A stretch of DNA of 46,429 nucleotides, counting the filler, from Jimgerdemannia flammicorona (taxonomy: Eukaryota), in assembly GCA_003990765.1 (NCBI GenBank). It is 2 parts of 2 records of this genome, joined end to end, with 100 filler letters (N's around TTAATTAATTAA, not from the genome) between each part and the next. Parts side by side here need not be neighbours in the genome. Positions count along the whole stretch, not along the records: positions 1 to 23,167 come from RBNJ01001142.1; 1 more part is not named here. The stretch is one strand, 5' to 3'. A model generated the notes under the pieces. That model was not told the origin of the DNA and did not search any database. It saw only the letters and a list, made by a program, of their open reading frames with translations. Below, piece by piece: positions 11,113 to 23,267 of the stretch. Each line of letters begins with the position of its first letter. The first letter of the stretch is position 1. The translations under genes were made by a program, and so were the position numbers.

Positions 11113-14100
11113 GTCACTTAGACTTCCTTCCTTTATTATACCCATCTATCCTATATAAATACAGTGATCCCACCCCCTATCTGATCCCCCTAGGGGGACC
11201 CCCCCCCTTAACCCTTCTCAATAAAAGACCACTTTGTCTAATACAATCTCTACCCTCCCACCACTCTGCTCACAGATCCTTGCTACCAAACTGTGACAGC
11301 GCCCCCTCTGAGGACCCACCATCCAGTCAGCAGATCCCCCAACAGCTCCTCCTACCTTAATATCTTCTTCTGCAGTCCCATCTGCCACCTCTCCTCAAAT
11401 ATAAAAAGCCAATGTCCTGCTAGTCTCACCCACAATGCTAACACCCATCCTATAGTGAGCCAACTATCATCCACCCCACTTACTAGCTGAGATCTCAAGT
11501 CCTCCCAGCAGTCCCCCTCACCTGCCAGCCTTTGCTCCACACCCAGACTATTCCCTATTTCTACCCAAAAGTTCCCCAAAACCTCACACTCTCCCAATCA
11601 ATGTTCTGGTATCTGCATAAGACCCCCAGCTTGCCCTACATTGTAACACTCCTCACAATTGAAATGGCCACTATCCACCAGATGCCCAGTATGGAAATTT
11701 AACATGATATTCCTCTGCAGCATTTGCCACCATACCACCCAGAACTTGGGAGGAAGCTACCTCTATACCTCAGCACTCCAAGACTAGATACCTGCCCAGT
11801 TCCACTCCTCACTGATCCCTGCCACCTGCCAGCCACTTAGCAAAAGATCCTGGCCAAGACCCTACTGATACTCTACTTTATCCCCAATATCAAACATAGT
11901 AAGTAGAGCATCCCCCAGGAGCAGTCTATCCCATTGCTACATATCAGGCCCCCACATCACCTTCCTCTCATTACCTTGCCAGTGCAGACCAATTCAGTGT
12001 GCTCTATCTATCACTCTCTACCAAAAGCCCTTAAACCACAGCCACCAATTTCCATTCAGCCCTACCAAAGAGAGCAGATCTCCTGAGAACCCTCAAGGGG
12101 AGGTTCTCATCTCCCACACCTTCTGCAGCAGAGGCACCCAACCCCTTCCCTGCAGTTCAGTAGCTCTCTTCAACCACCAGGCTCACAAGCAGTGCAACCT
12201 CTTAGAGAAATCCACAAGACCAAGACCTTCCCTGACCACCAGTGTTGCAAGAGTATCCCAACTGATCTGGGACCTCCTCCCTGCCCAAATCCAATCTCTA
12301 GCCATCTTTGTCAGCCTCTTTACCATCCAAGCTGGGAAGTCTAGGTGATAGGCCACATACCACAGCTTAGGGAACCAGTATATATTCAGAATTGACACCC
12401 ACCCTACTAGAGAGATATGGCGGCCTCCCCAACCTCGAAGGGCCTCCCCCCAAATGGTCACCCTGCTCTCCCACCACCTTGTAGTAAGACAGAACCATAT
12501 ACAGAAAGGAAGATGCCCAGATACTGCACTATCTCACCAGTAGGGACAATTGTTCTAATGATGTCCCCACCCACTAGCCCATTCTCTAGTATCATTGTCT
12601 CACACTTATGCCAGTTGAGCTTTGCCCCAGAGTGAGTCTCATACCATTCCACTATCTCCTTAAGTGCCTTGACATCTGCCACAGACCCAAATCCAACTAC
12701 TATGTCATCAGCAAAGGCCCCCACCTTCTACACTATACTATATATAGAGAGCCCTGCCACCTTCTGGTGAATTCTATCCATCAATAGCTCTAATGAAAGG
12801 GCATAGAGAATAGGAGACAGAGGGTCCCCCTGAGGAACTCCTCTTTCCAAGGAAAACACCAGATCTCAGTGACCATTATACATTAGTGCTGCCTGACTGC
12901 TCTCTAGCAGATTCACTATAGAAGCTCGAAATCTTAAGGGAACACCAATTCGATCCAATACCTTGTCCAGCCAAACTCACTATACATGGTCATAAGCCTT
13001 CTCCTGGTCCAAAAAGACCAACCTTCTATCTAGTCCACAAGCCCAGGTCCCTTCAATGACACCATGCACCCATGCAGTTCTATTCCTTATAAGTCTGCCC
13101 CCAACAAAGCCCCACTGCTCCTCCCCCAGCACCTGTTGGGTAACTTTTTGCAGCCTTGTGACAATCACCTTAGTCACCATCTTCCTGTCCATATCCAGAA
13201 GCATGATTGATCTCTAGTTTTCCAGTCTTCCCTCCTTCCCTTGTCTTTGTACAATAAGACCACCAGCCCGAGGTCCTGCTCTCCAACCCACTCACCACTC
13301 TGAAGAACATGGTTGCAGAGAGCAGCCATCTCACCCAAAACTCCAGGGACCTTTACCATCTTCTTCCAGAAGTTCCATGGTAACCCATCCTCCCCTGGTG
13401 CTGTTCTAAGTTTAGTTGCTACAAGGACACTCTGGATCTCCTCTCTTTGCACTAGTAATATCAAGTCACTCAGTCCCTTGTGGCAGCCCCCACTCCTCTA
13501 GTATATCTGCAATCACCATCTCATCAGCACCCCCTTCTCCCTCACTCTACAAACCCTACCATCTCTCCTTCAAAACCCCTAAGATTTGTTGTGTGCCATG
13601 CACCATATCCCCATTGGCATCTAGGATCTCATCCCACCAATGTCGCACCCTCCTAGCTTTGAGGAGTCTTGATAAGTACCTAGTAGGCCACTCTCCCTCC
13701 TCAAGCTCCTGCTACTGTAGTCTAGCAGCCATACCTCGCATATGAGTCTTCTCCTTTTCTCTCAACATCTGTTGCAGTTTCACTATCTCCAATTTTGTCC
13801 ACTCTATCCTCCAATCCTCCACCCCATCAAAAGTAAGCAACTCTGCCCAATCCATTTGCAGTCTCCTTAGCCTGCTGGAAGTACACCCTGTGCACTTCCT
13901 CCTCTATCTCCCAGCTTCTCTACCAGCCCCTCCCCAATAGACCCTTGCAGCCTCTTTCAATCTCATCCAATGGACACCTACAGATAAACCCTCATGCCTC
14001 TAGATAGAAACCTTTACCTGAATGTCCTCCATCCATGAGTCTCACAACTCCTTCTCAGCCAGCAGAGAGGAGTTAAGGCACCAATGTCCAGGTCCATCTC

Positions 14101-14954
14101 TACTCCCCCCAAACTGCCTCTGCCCCAACAGTCCCCAGTGATTAGACTATGGGCACCACTCTATCTCCAATGCCTTCCAAATATCTGAACTCCAGCACTC
14201 TACCATCAGAATCCAGTCAATCCTTGTACCCAAGCCATTCACCTAATATATGTAGACCCTGGTAATGCCCCACCATGTTCTGCCTATATTCTCTAAGGAG
14301 CTCAACTTCTCTACCTCCTCCCATGCATCCAGACCTCCACTTCTCCCCCCTGCACTCCTCTCTCCATCAGTTCTGTCTAGATGCTGATCCCAAACCATAT
14401 TAAAGTCCCCACTGAGAACATTGACTCCTTCCTCTAAGAGAATACTCTCCTCTAGCAGCTCTTTAATCCATGCAGTCCTCTCACCCCTAACTGCAGGGCA
14501 ATAGCAAGAGCCAACCTTTACTGACTCCCACCCTGCCCAATGCCAATCTCCCCAGACCAAGTGATCACCCCAGCTCCTGATTCCCCCCAAGTCTCCTCTA
14601 CCCTTTCTCACCAGAATTGCCACTTTTTCAAACCAAGCAGTAGCCTCACCCCATTCTTTAGTCCACTTCACCCAATCATCCTCATCCTCACACTGAACAT
14701 CCTATAGTAAAAAGAGATCAGCCTCCAATTCCTTGAGCTAAGCAAAAATGTTCTTATATCACTCAGATCTCCTTAACCCATTTACATTCAAAGAGAAAAT
14801 GTTGGTTATACCATTTATAAGAAATAATGATATATAGTGAACCCATCCTCTATAAGTCCACATTTGGCTCCTTCTGCACTAAGTCCAAGTCATATTCAGT
14901 AGCTAGTTCTCTTTCTCCAGCTTTCTGTACCTCCAACCCTCCCAGAAGTTCTAC
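11079..14954 (-). mobile_element. LINE copy C, 3' part (poly(A), ORF2, end of ORF1)
   Basis: T31 at 11079-11109 is the poly(A) tail; RT motifs AFADDI, DQEKAYD, QGDPLS; EN GDFN; ORF2 start decayed to ATA at 14818. Confidence 0.93.
14941..14954 (+). repeat. Target-site duplication of LINE D, left copy (CCCAGAAGTTCTAC)
   Basis: Identical 14-mer at 20731-20744; removing D restores C ORF1 collinear with copy A 3660-3710. Confidence 0.95.
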
Positions 14955-15036
14955 TTTTTTTTTTTTTTTATAGTTACTTGGACTGCCCTTTATTACTGAA
15001 TTCTATAGTTCTAACAATACAATATCATCCCCACCC

Positions 15037-18000
15037 TCAACCAATGCCCCATGGACTCAACCCTCCCCCCTCAACCCTCCTCTGCCCGAGCACCACCCAA
15101 TCACCCACTACCCAAATCCACCCACCACTCTTCTGAGAGATGCACTGCACCAAACCCTGACGGTGTCCCCCACCCAGCCCCCAATCTTGCCACCAGCTAT
15201 TCAAAATGTCCAATAGCAACCACTCCCAATGTGCTACCTTGTCCACAACCCCAACTCTGCACCCTCCCTCAAAGACATAAACCCAATGCCCAGCCAACCC
15301 AACCCACATGGCCAAAGCCCAACCAAGGGTCAGCCATTTATCTCCAACTCCACCCACCAGTTGCTGGTAGAGCACACCCCATCTCCCCCCTCCCTTGCCC
15401 TCCAAGGCACCCATCCCTACCCTGTCCATAATATATCTCCAAAACTCCTCCAAAACCTTACACTCGCCAAGCCAATGTTCAGGTATTTGTACCACTCTCC
15501 CCTCCTGGTCAACATTGACACAATCCTCATACTCGAATATACCACTGTCTACTAAGTGTCCAGACCAATAGTTCAGCATCACATTCTGCCATAAGACCTA
15601 TCACCACACCACCCAGAACTTGGGGGGCAGCCACTGCCTCACCCTTTTGCTCCAAAGCCAGAGCCCATGCCAGTCCCACTCCTCACCAATTCCAACCCTC
15701 TGCCAGGCTTCAGGCCACAGGTCTCCACCTAGGCCTCACAGACACTCCAGACCCTCACCAAGCTGAAAGCTCTCCACCAGAACACCACCCAGCAGAAGCC
15801 TGTCCCACTGCCACATCCACGGTCCCCAATTCTCCTCAGCCTCATCACCTTGCCACCAAAGTCCAATTTTCTTAGCACCATCCACCACCCCCCACCAGAA
15901 GCCAGTAAACCGCATCCTCCTGCTCCCCTCCATGGCCACCATTGCTAACAGGTCACCTGAGTCACCATGTGGGGAGTACTGAACCTCCCACAACCTCTGC
16001 ATGAGTGGTACCCACTTCCGACCCTGAAGCTCACTTGCCCTTCGCAACCACTAAGCTCTCAGACATAGAAGCTGCTTAGTGAAGTCCACTAAGCCCAGCC
16101 CACCTCTTTCTAAGGGCAGTGTGAGAACCTCCCAACCAACCTGGCTGCACTGCCCTCCCCAGATCTATGATTGAGCCATCTTCAACAACCTCCTGACCAT
16201 CCAAGTTGGGAAATCCAAATGGTATCCCACATACTACAGCTTCGGCATCCAATACACATTCAGCACTATCACTCTTCTGACTAGGGACATAGGCCAGCCT
16301 CCCCAATGCAGCAGAACATTTCCCCACTCCAGAAGCTGACAGTCCCATCATGCCTGGGGAAGAAGAGACCTGAATACCGAGAAGTAGATCCCCAGATAAC
16401 GTACTGGTTCACCAGCCAGTACTACTGTCTCCATGACCTCGCCACCAACAATACCAGTGCCAAGCACCAGGGTCTTGCATTTGTGCCAGTTTAGCCTAGC
16501 ACCAGAACCCTGCTCATACCATTCCACAGACCTCTGTAACTCCCCCACATCCACCAAGGAGCCCAGCCTGACCACCATATCATCAGCAAAGGCCCCCACC
16601 TTCCAATTAATCTCTAAGATGTCCAAACCTCCAATCTGCCGCCAAATCCTGTCCAGTAGAGGCTCCAGGGAAAGGGCATACAATATGGGTGACAATAGGT
16701 CCCCTTGCGGTACCCCATGCCCCAGGGGAAAGGTCCTCCCCCTATGGCTATTGATGACCAATGCTGCCTGACTGTCCTCCAGGAGGCCGATCAAAGCTCT
16801 GCGAAACCCTGGGGAAATACCAATCCGTTTCAGCACTCCCTCCAACCATATCCTCCACACCCGATCATAAGCCTTCTCTTGAACCAGAAACACCAATCTA
16901 CCATCCACCTCTGTCACCCAGACACCTTCAATCATACCATGAACCCAAGCTGTCTCATCTTGAATCAATCAACCACTGACAAAACCATGCTGCTCCACAC
17001 CAAGCACCTGCTGAGCAATACCTTGCAGCCTCATCACCAAGATCTTTGTCACTAGTTTGTGGTCCATATCGAGAAGCATAATGGGCCGCTAGTTCTTCCA
17101 GTTCTCCCGCCACCCCTTATTCTTGTAGAGTAAGGATACTAGCCTTAATCGCTGTCCCCCAATCCAAGCACCAGACTGAAGAACTCCATTGCACATAGCA
17201 GCTATTTCCTCCAGCACCTCACCCACTCCAGCCATCTTCTGCCAAAAATTCCAGGGAAGGCCATCCTCTCCCAGGGCTGTCCCCTTACTCATTGAAGCCA
17301 CAACCCTGCAAATTTCCTTGCCAATCACCAGGTCCTCCAATGCCCCAAGTCCCAAGGCAGGGTTTGGGTGCCAATCCTCCAGCTGCCTTTCAACATCCAG
17401 AGCATCCATTCTGCCTTCCTTCTTACTCCATAGGTTCTCCTACCGAGTTCGCAATATGCCCAGAATTGCCGGAGTCCCCACCACCAGCTCACCATCCTCA
17501 TCCAGAACTCCCTCCCACTGCTGTTTCATATGTCATGCTTGTAACAACCATGACAAAAATTGAGTAGGCCTCTCCCCCTCCTCAAGCCCCTGCCACCATA
17601 GTTGGACCACTATTCCCTACATTGCCATCTCCTCCTCTCTTCACAACACTCCTTTAAGCTCCTCGACCTCCTGCCAGATTCTCACAATATGCCAATCAGA
17701 CACATCTCCATCATCCAGCACACCTGCCCATCTCTTCATGAGTGCAACCAGATGCTGTGAGGCCCACAGCACCCTCTGCCTCCACTGAGCACCCTTCCCT
17801 TTCCCTGCCTCCCTCCAATACCTCTGAGCATTCACCTTCAGACATCTCCAGCAGTTCTCAATCCCAAGGCCTCATTCCCACCACCTACTGATATTTCCCA
17901 CCACCTCCGTCTCCCAATCCTCCCATAACACCCTGTCCTCCAACAAGGAAGAATTTAGCCACCAATGTCCAGGCCCATCCTCCTTTCCCCTAAATCTCCC

Positions 18001-18699
18001 CCCTCCAAGCAGCCCCCAGTGATCAGACCACAGACACCATACCACTTCTAGCACCGACCAGACATCTACTCCCCAACACACTGCCATCAGAACCCAGTCA
18101 ATTCTGGAGCCCAGCCCTGCTGCCCAGTGAGTGTACACCCACCTCTCAGCCCAAAAATGTCTATCTGAGTCCACTAAAGAACACAACCTCTCAGTCTCCA
18201 GCCAATCTCCCAACCCACCACTTTTGCCCCACATGCCTCTCCCACTATCCATTCTATCTACCTTTTTATCCCATACCATGTTGAAGTCCCCCCCCATACA
18301 GTCCAACCCAATGCCTCCCAATACACCAGCCTTTTTCAACCCATGAATCCAATCAACTCACTCCCCTCTCTCAGCTGGGCAGTAACAAGACCCAACCATC
18401 AATGAGCCCCATCCAGGCCTCTTCTACCTTCCCCACACCACCCGAGACCTCCAATGTCCAATGTCCTCAATGTTCCCTATCCCTTTCCAAATAAGAATAC
18501 ACACTTTCCCCCTCCATACTGCTACACCCCCCCATTCCTTAGTTCAATCCTGGAAGTCCACATCTGCCTCATAATGAACATCCTGTAATAAGAAGAGGTC
18601 TGCATCCAGTCCCTTAAGCCATCCAAATATATACTTCCTCCTAGCTACCCCCTGTAACCCATTAATGTTCAACGAGAATATCTTAGTTGTATTGTTCAT
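15037..18699 (-). pseudogene. LINE D ORF2 (endonuclease and reverse transcriptase), disrupted
   Basis: Collinear fragments 18544-18729, 17872-18339, 17089-17409, 16348-16968, 15736-16047 and 15037-15582. Confidence 0.92.
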
Positions 18700-18730
18700 A
18701 TTAAAAAAATGTTGCAATAGAGGCCCCAAC

Positions 18731-20646
18731 CTAGAATTCCATGCTCATCTCATCCCCAGCCAGATCCAAGCACCACTCAGCTTCCAAGTCACTCTCCGCA
18801 ATAGTCTGAGCATCCAGTGCCTCTAAAATTTCCTGACACTCCACCCTATCCACTACCTCCATATCTGACTGGTAGTTCAAGCAGACTGTGTGCCACTTCT
18901 CCAGTCCCTTCCTCGTATTCCACAGGAAAAGCACCCTGTCACTTACAATCTTCCTAAGTTCCTCTTCCCGCTGATCATCAATCTGATATTCGACTGACTC
19001 CAGAAGGATAGCCAGGATCTCATTCCTCATCTTCCTTGGCACCTCCTCCCCCTGTAGGATCTCCTCCCAATACCTCTCTTCCATCACCCTGAAATCCTCA
19101 CCCCCCAGCTCCTCAGCTGCAACCTCTTCCAGGGTCTTCCACATCCACTTCTCCTCATCCACCACCTCTGCCGCACCCTGAGCGATTTGACCCTCATCCA
19201 CCTCAGGGTCCACCAGTATGCTCCTCCTCACTAACTCATCCCACTCCTCATCCAGTACATCCAGTAGCTCCTCTTCCCCCTCAGCTCTACCCGGGACACT
19301 ATACTAGGGCACACACCCTCACCCATTTCGGCATCCACCTCCAAATCACCTTCCCTTTCCTCCCCCACTCCAATCGGTGCCACTCCCTGGACCATTCCTC
19401 CCTCCTCAGCCCAAGCACTCTCCCACAGCCCTGCCACTCTCTCTCCTGAGCTACCATCAGCCCTATCCCCACCCAACTTCACCAGCAGCTCCTTCTGAAT
19501 TCTCCTCCCCTGCATCTTCTCCTAGGTCCCCTTCTCTATCTGGACCCTCTTCCCATCCACCTCCCCCACCACTGTCCTGGTCTCAAACTCCTTCCAGGTT
19601 AATCTCCTCCTCGCAACTGCCCCTTCTAGATCCTCCAGAGCCTCCAACAGGTCCTCCTCCTCCTCCTGGGTCCCCTTCACCCTTGTGACCTTACACTCCA
19701 CTGGTCCCCACCTCAGTATCACTGGCCAGTCCCTCGACCTCCCCGTATTCTCCTTCCCAGCCAGCTGTACCCTGACATCGATGTCACCTATCCTAAGCTC
19801 CATGTCCTCCCAGACCTTGAACCCAACATCGACAATCTCTCCATACTCCTTGATTGCCTCTACCACCAACTCCCTGGTCCTCTCCTTTGATACCATGGGG
19901 AGATCCAACACCATCAACTGCACCACTCTGGGGTCCCAGCACATGCACCGGGCCATAGAGACCACAACCTCACCCACCATCACCCCCTTCTCCATGGTGG
20001 CCAACATGGCGCCTTCTTCCTCAAACCCCACCTCAACCCCTTCCTTTCTCCTTAGAAACTTCACAGATGCCACTCCCTTAGCCTCCTGCACTACCAGCCC
20101 CAAAATCATCCTCGCCATCACCACCAAGCCCCAGAAGCACATCATGACTGCGAATTCCGACCTTGATTTCTTGAGTAACAGGGCTGACACCATGTCTGTC
20201 ACCCCATCCACCAGGTCCCTGGGCCTCATGCCCACTCCCAGTTCTGAATTGCCAATGGCTGTCACATCTGGATTTTTTGCCAGATCCCCAGTCACAGTCA
20301 CATCAACAGTCACATTTCCAGCCCCTACTCTGGCTCCTACCCTATCACCAGAAGCTCCCCTGGGTATACCTCTCTGTTCTCTAGTAGCAGCTATCAACAC
20401 CTTCCCCAGGCCCAGCCAACCATCTAGCCCAGAAGCCATCTTCCCCCTTCTGACCTTGTCAGCAAAGGTTGACCTCTCTCCTCCTCTCTGCCTCAGACTG
20501 CCTCTTCCTCCACCACCAGGGCCTCGGCTGGCCATTGAGGCCCCTGGCATCCCCAAACCATCACTCCTCCTCCCCACCTGCTGCCAGCCAAAGGCATTAT
20601 TACCCCCCTGGCCAGTATGCTCACTAGTTTGATCATTGCCATCCAT
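18731..20646 (-). pseudogene. LINE D ORF1, disrupted
   Basis: 374-aa ORF 19522-20646 plus 19231-19515 and 18731-19231; homologous to copy A ORF1. Confidence 0.85.
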
Positions 20647-20730
20647 GTTGTTAGTTGTTGGTCACCAAAAACATTGTAAAAAGTATTGTCTGAATCTTGT
20701 GTCACCCAAATGTTACTAAGTAAAGTGTTG

Positions 20731-22751
20731 CCCAGAAGTTCTACCATCGCCTCATCTTCTCGCTCTTCAAAGTCCTCATAATACTCCAGACAGGCCTCCT
20801 GCCAGAGCTGCAAACCATGATGCTCTGCCCAACAGTAGGCTGCCTGCTTACCAGTGACCACCATCAGCTCCACCTTCCTCACCTCATCAACCTCATATCC
20901 CTCCTCCTCCAGGAAGATTACAAGAATCTCCACCTTTAGTGCCTCCATCACTCTATTACTATATAGAATCTATGTCCAATGCTCCTCAGGCATTATCTAC
21001 AGGTCCACTTCTTCCAATACCTCTGCCATGAGGTTATCCATCATCTTACTCATCCACAATAAGTTCCCCACCTCCTTCCCTCCTGGAGTCCCTGGCCACC
21101 CTGCATTCAACATCATGGTGTCAGCTCCTACACTGGCAGCCTCATCCCCTCCTCCTCAGGGACATCCACTAGCTTGTCCTCGCCAACCACCACCACCTAG
21201 TCCCCTTTCACCACTTCGGGAACCCCAAGTGCACTCACTGAGCCCCTTGTATCAGTACATCCTCTATTGTCCCTCTCTTTACAGCTGGGCCCCTCCTGAT
21301 AAGAGGAGGGGGGGTGGCATCCAATTCCTGCTCCCAGATCTTGAATGTACCATCAGTATAGGGGTCCTTGCTCAGTACCTTCCCAGCTCCTTCCTTGCCT
21401 ACCTCTACCTCTCCTTCTCCTTTACTAGTCCAGATACTGGCTTTGATGCCCCCAGATATCTCAGTTCCATCTACTTTCTTCTTAGCCCCACTGCTCATAC
21501 TCATCAACAACTCTCTCTGCTGCTTGCACCCCTGGGCCTGCTTCTACTGCCCCTTGTCAGTTTGAATCCTCTTTCTATCAACAATCTCCAGATGTATCGA
21601 CTCCTCATATAACTTCCAGGCCTTTACCCTCCTCTCAACAGCACCACTCAACTCTTCCAGTGCCTCCAACAAGTCCTTCTCTTCCTCTTCATTCCCTCAC
21701 ACCCTTGACACCTTACAGATAAAAGCCCCCCACATCAACACTGAGAGCTAGTCACTTATCTTCCCTATGACCTCTCTTTCTGCCAGTCTAATCCTCACCT
21801 CTATGTCACCAGTCCTAATAGAGGTCCCCTCTCACACCTGGAAACTGATATCCACTATATCGCCATACTCTACTATCACCTCCTCCACTCTCCTCCTAGT
21901 CTCCTCCTTCATTACAGTAGGCACCTCCTTCATCAGCAGCTGCACCACCCTGGGGTCCCACTTCAGGCAGTATATCATGGGGACTACTATCTCACCAACT
22001 ACTACTCTAGACTTCAGTACCTCTTCCAGTGGGCCTGCTTCCTCAAAGCCTACCTCAACTCTCTCCAGGCTCTTCAGAAACTTCATCAAGACAGCCCCAG
22101 CCACCTGCTTTGAGACAAGCCCCAAGACCATCCTTGCCATCACTGCCAAGCCTCAGAAGCACAATATTACTACAAACTCTAAGATTGACTTTCTGAGTAA
22201 TGATGCTACCACCAGCTCTATCATACCATTGGCCAGGTCCCTCTTCTATATCAGAAACTCCTGCTCCACACTACCATCAGCTGTCATATCTCTTTTTTTT
22301 TTCCTAATTATCCATCACACTGCCATCAGTAGTCCCATCCCCAGCCACCACACCTCCAGTACCTATGCTTACATTCTCTCCCTGAGTAACTCCCCCCCTC
22401 CCTAGGCTCACCTTGCCCTTCTCTACCATAGTACCAGCCCTAGTCCCAGCTGGTCACCCACTTCTCTTCATCTTATCCACAAAACTTAGGGAGTCAGGCC
22501 TCTCTCTATAGCTACTGGACACTGATCTATCTCCAGAGCCCCCGCCACCCTTTGACCCTCCAAAGGCCCCTATCCCCAGACCATAACCTCTTCCTACATA
22601 CTGTTAGCTAAAAGCCCCAGATCCACCTGACCCAGCATATCTGGCAGAACTCTTACTCAATGATATTGTTATAATACCTTTCTTCTGAGTTGTGTTGAAA
22701 AATTGTTACTTGAAGTTGGTGTAATGTGAATTATATCAGAGAAAGGTATTG
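20731..22751 (-). mobile_element. LINE copy C, 5' part (5'UTR and most of ORF1)
   Basis: Continues C ORF1 beyond the D insertion; starts CAATACCTTTCTC at 22751 next to the right-hand TSD; ORF1 ATG decayed to ATA near 22667. Confidence 0.92.
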
Positions 22752-22973
22752 CTCACTCAGCTCTTTTTATTTACTTATATTGCTGAAAAACTCCATCTTT
22801 ATACTATAATCTTTTCTAACATATTACTAATTAAAGGCCCTAGATCTATCTGACTCAGCATACTTATCAGATTATCTGTTTATTATTATATTACTAATAT
22901 CTTTCTTTAATAAACTACTCAAGAGTATATTGTGAAGTTTATATTATATAAATATTAGTAAAAAAAGTTATAA
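22752..22973 (-). mobile_element. LINE copy B, 5' remnant (5'UTR and ORF1 N-terminus)
   Basis: 22821-22854 aligns without gaps to copy A 5541-5574; similarity continues to about 22973. Confidence 0.82.
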
Positions 22974-23167
22974 AATTATATTTACTTATAAATAGTTAAT
23001 TAAAAGTTTATACTAATATTTAATATATATTCTTTACTTTATAATATAGCTAAATTTAGCAAATATATATATAATAACTTATTATATTATATAATTTTAA
23101 AAAGTTTCTTTTATTAATAATTTTTATATATTTAGTCAAAATTTTATAAATTTTTTTTTTTTTTTTT

Positions 23168-23267
23168 NNNNNNNNNNNNNNNNNNNNNNNNNNNNNNNNN
23201 NNNNNNNNNNNTTAATTAATTAANNNNNNNNNNNNNNNNNNNNNNNNNNNNNNNNNNNNNNNNNNNN
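23168..23267. other. Assembly gap linker: N44 + TTAATTAATTAA + N44
   Basis: Exactly 100 bp with a central six-frame stop cassette; artificial, so true adjacency and distance of the flanks are unverified. Confidence 0.97.

Larger units (their letters stand above)
14955..20730 (-). mobile_element. LINE copy D, full length (about 5.8 kb), divergent subfamily, inserted in ORF1 of copy C
   Basis: T15 at 14955-14969; ORF1 20646-18731; ORF2 18699-15037 with SLNINGL, LLQDV, GDFN, RIDW, SDH, QGDLLSP, AFADDM, YLGI, EHWLGEC; flanked by a 14-bp TSD. Confidence 0.95.

Noticed and set aside
20493..20951. 152-aa ORF as a distinct gene
   Set aside because: Chimeric read-through from C ORF1 across the TSD into D's 5'UTR.
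236..22405. Many plus-strand Pro/Ser/His/Leu-rich ORFs (for example 2615-3430, 19685-20632, 20854-21612)
   Set aside because: Antisense shadows of the G-rich LINE coding strand; no motifs and not preserved as ORFs between copies.
23212..23223. TTAATTAATTAA palindrome between N runs
   Set aside because: Artificial six-frame-stop scaffold linker, not biological.
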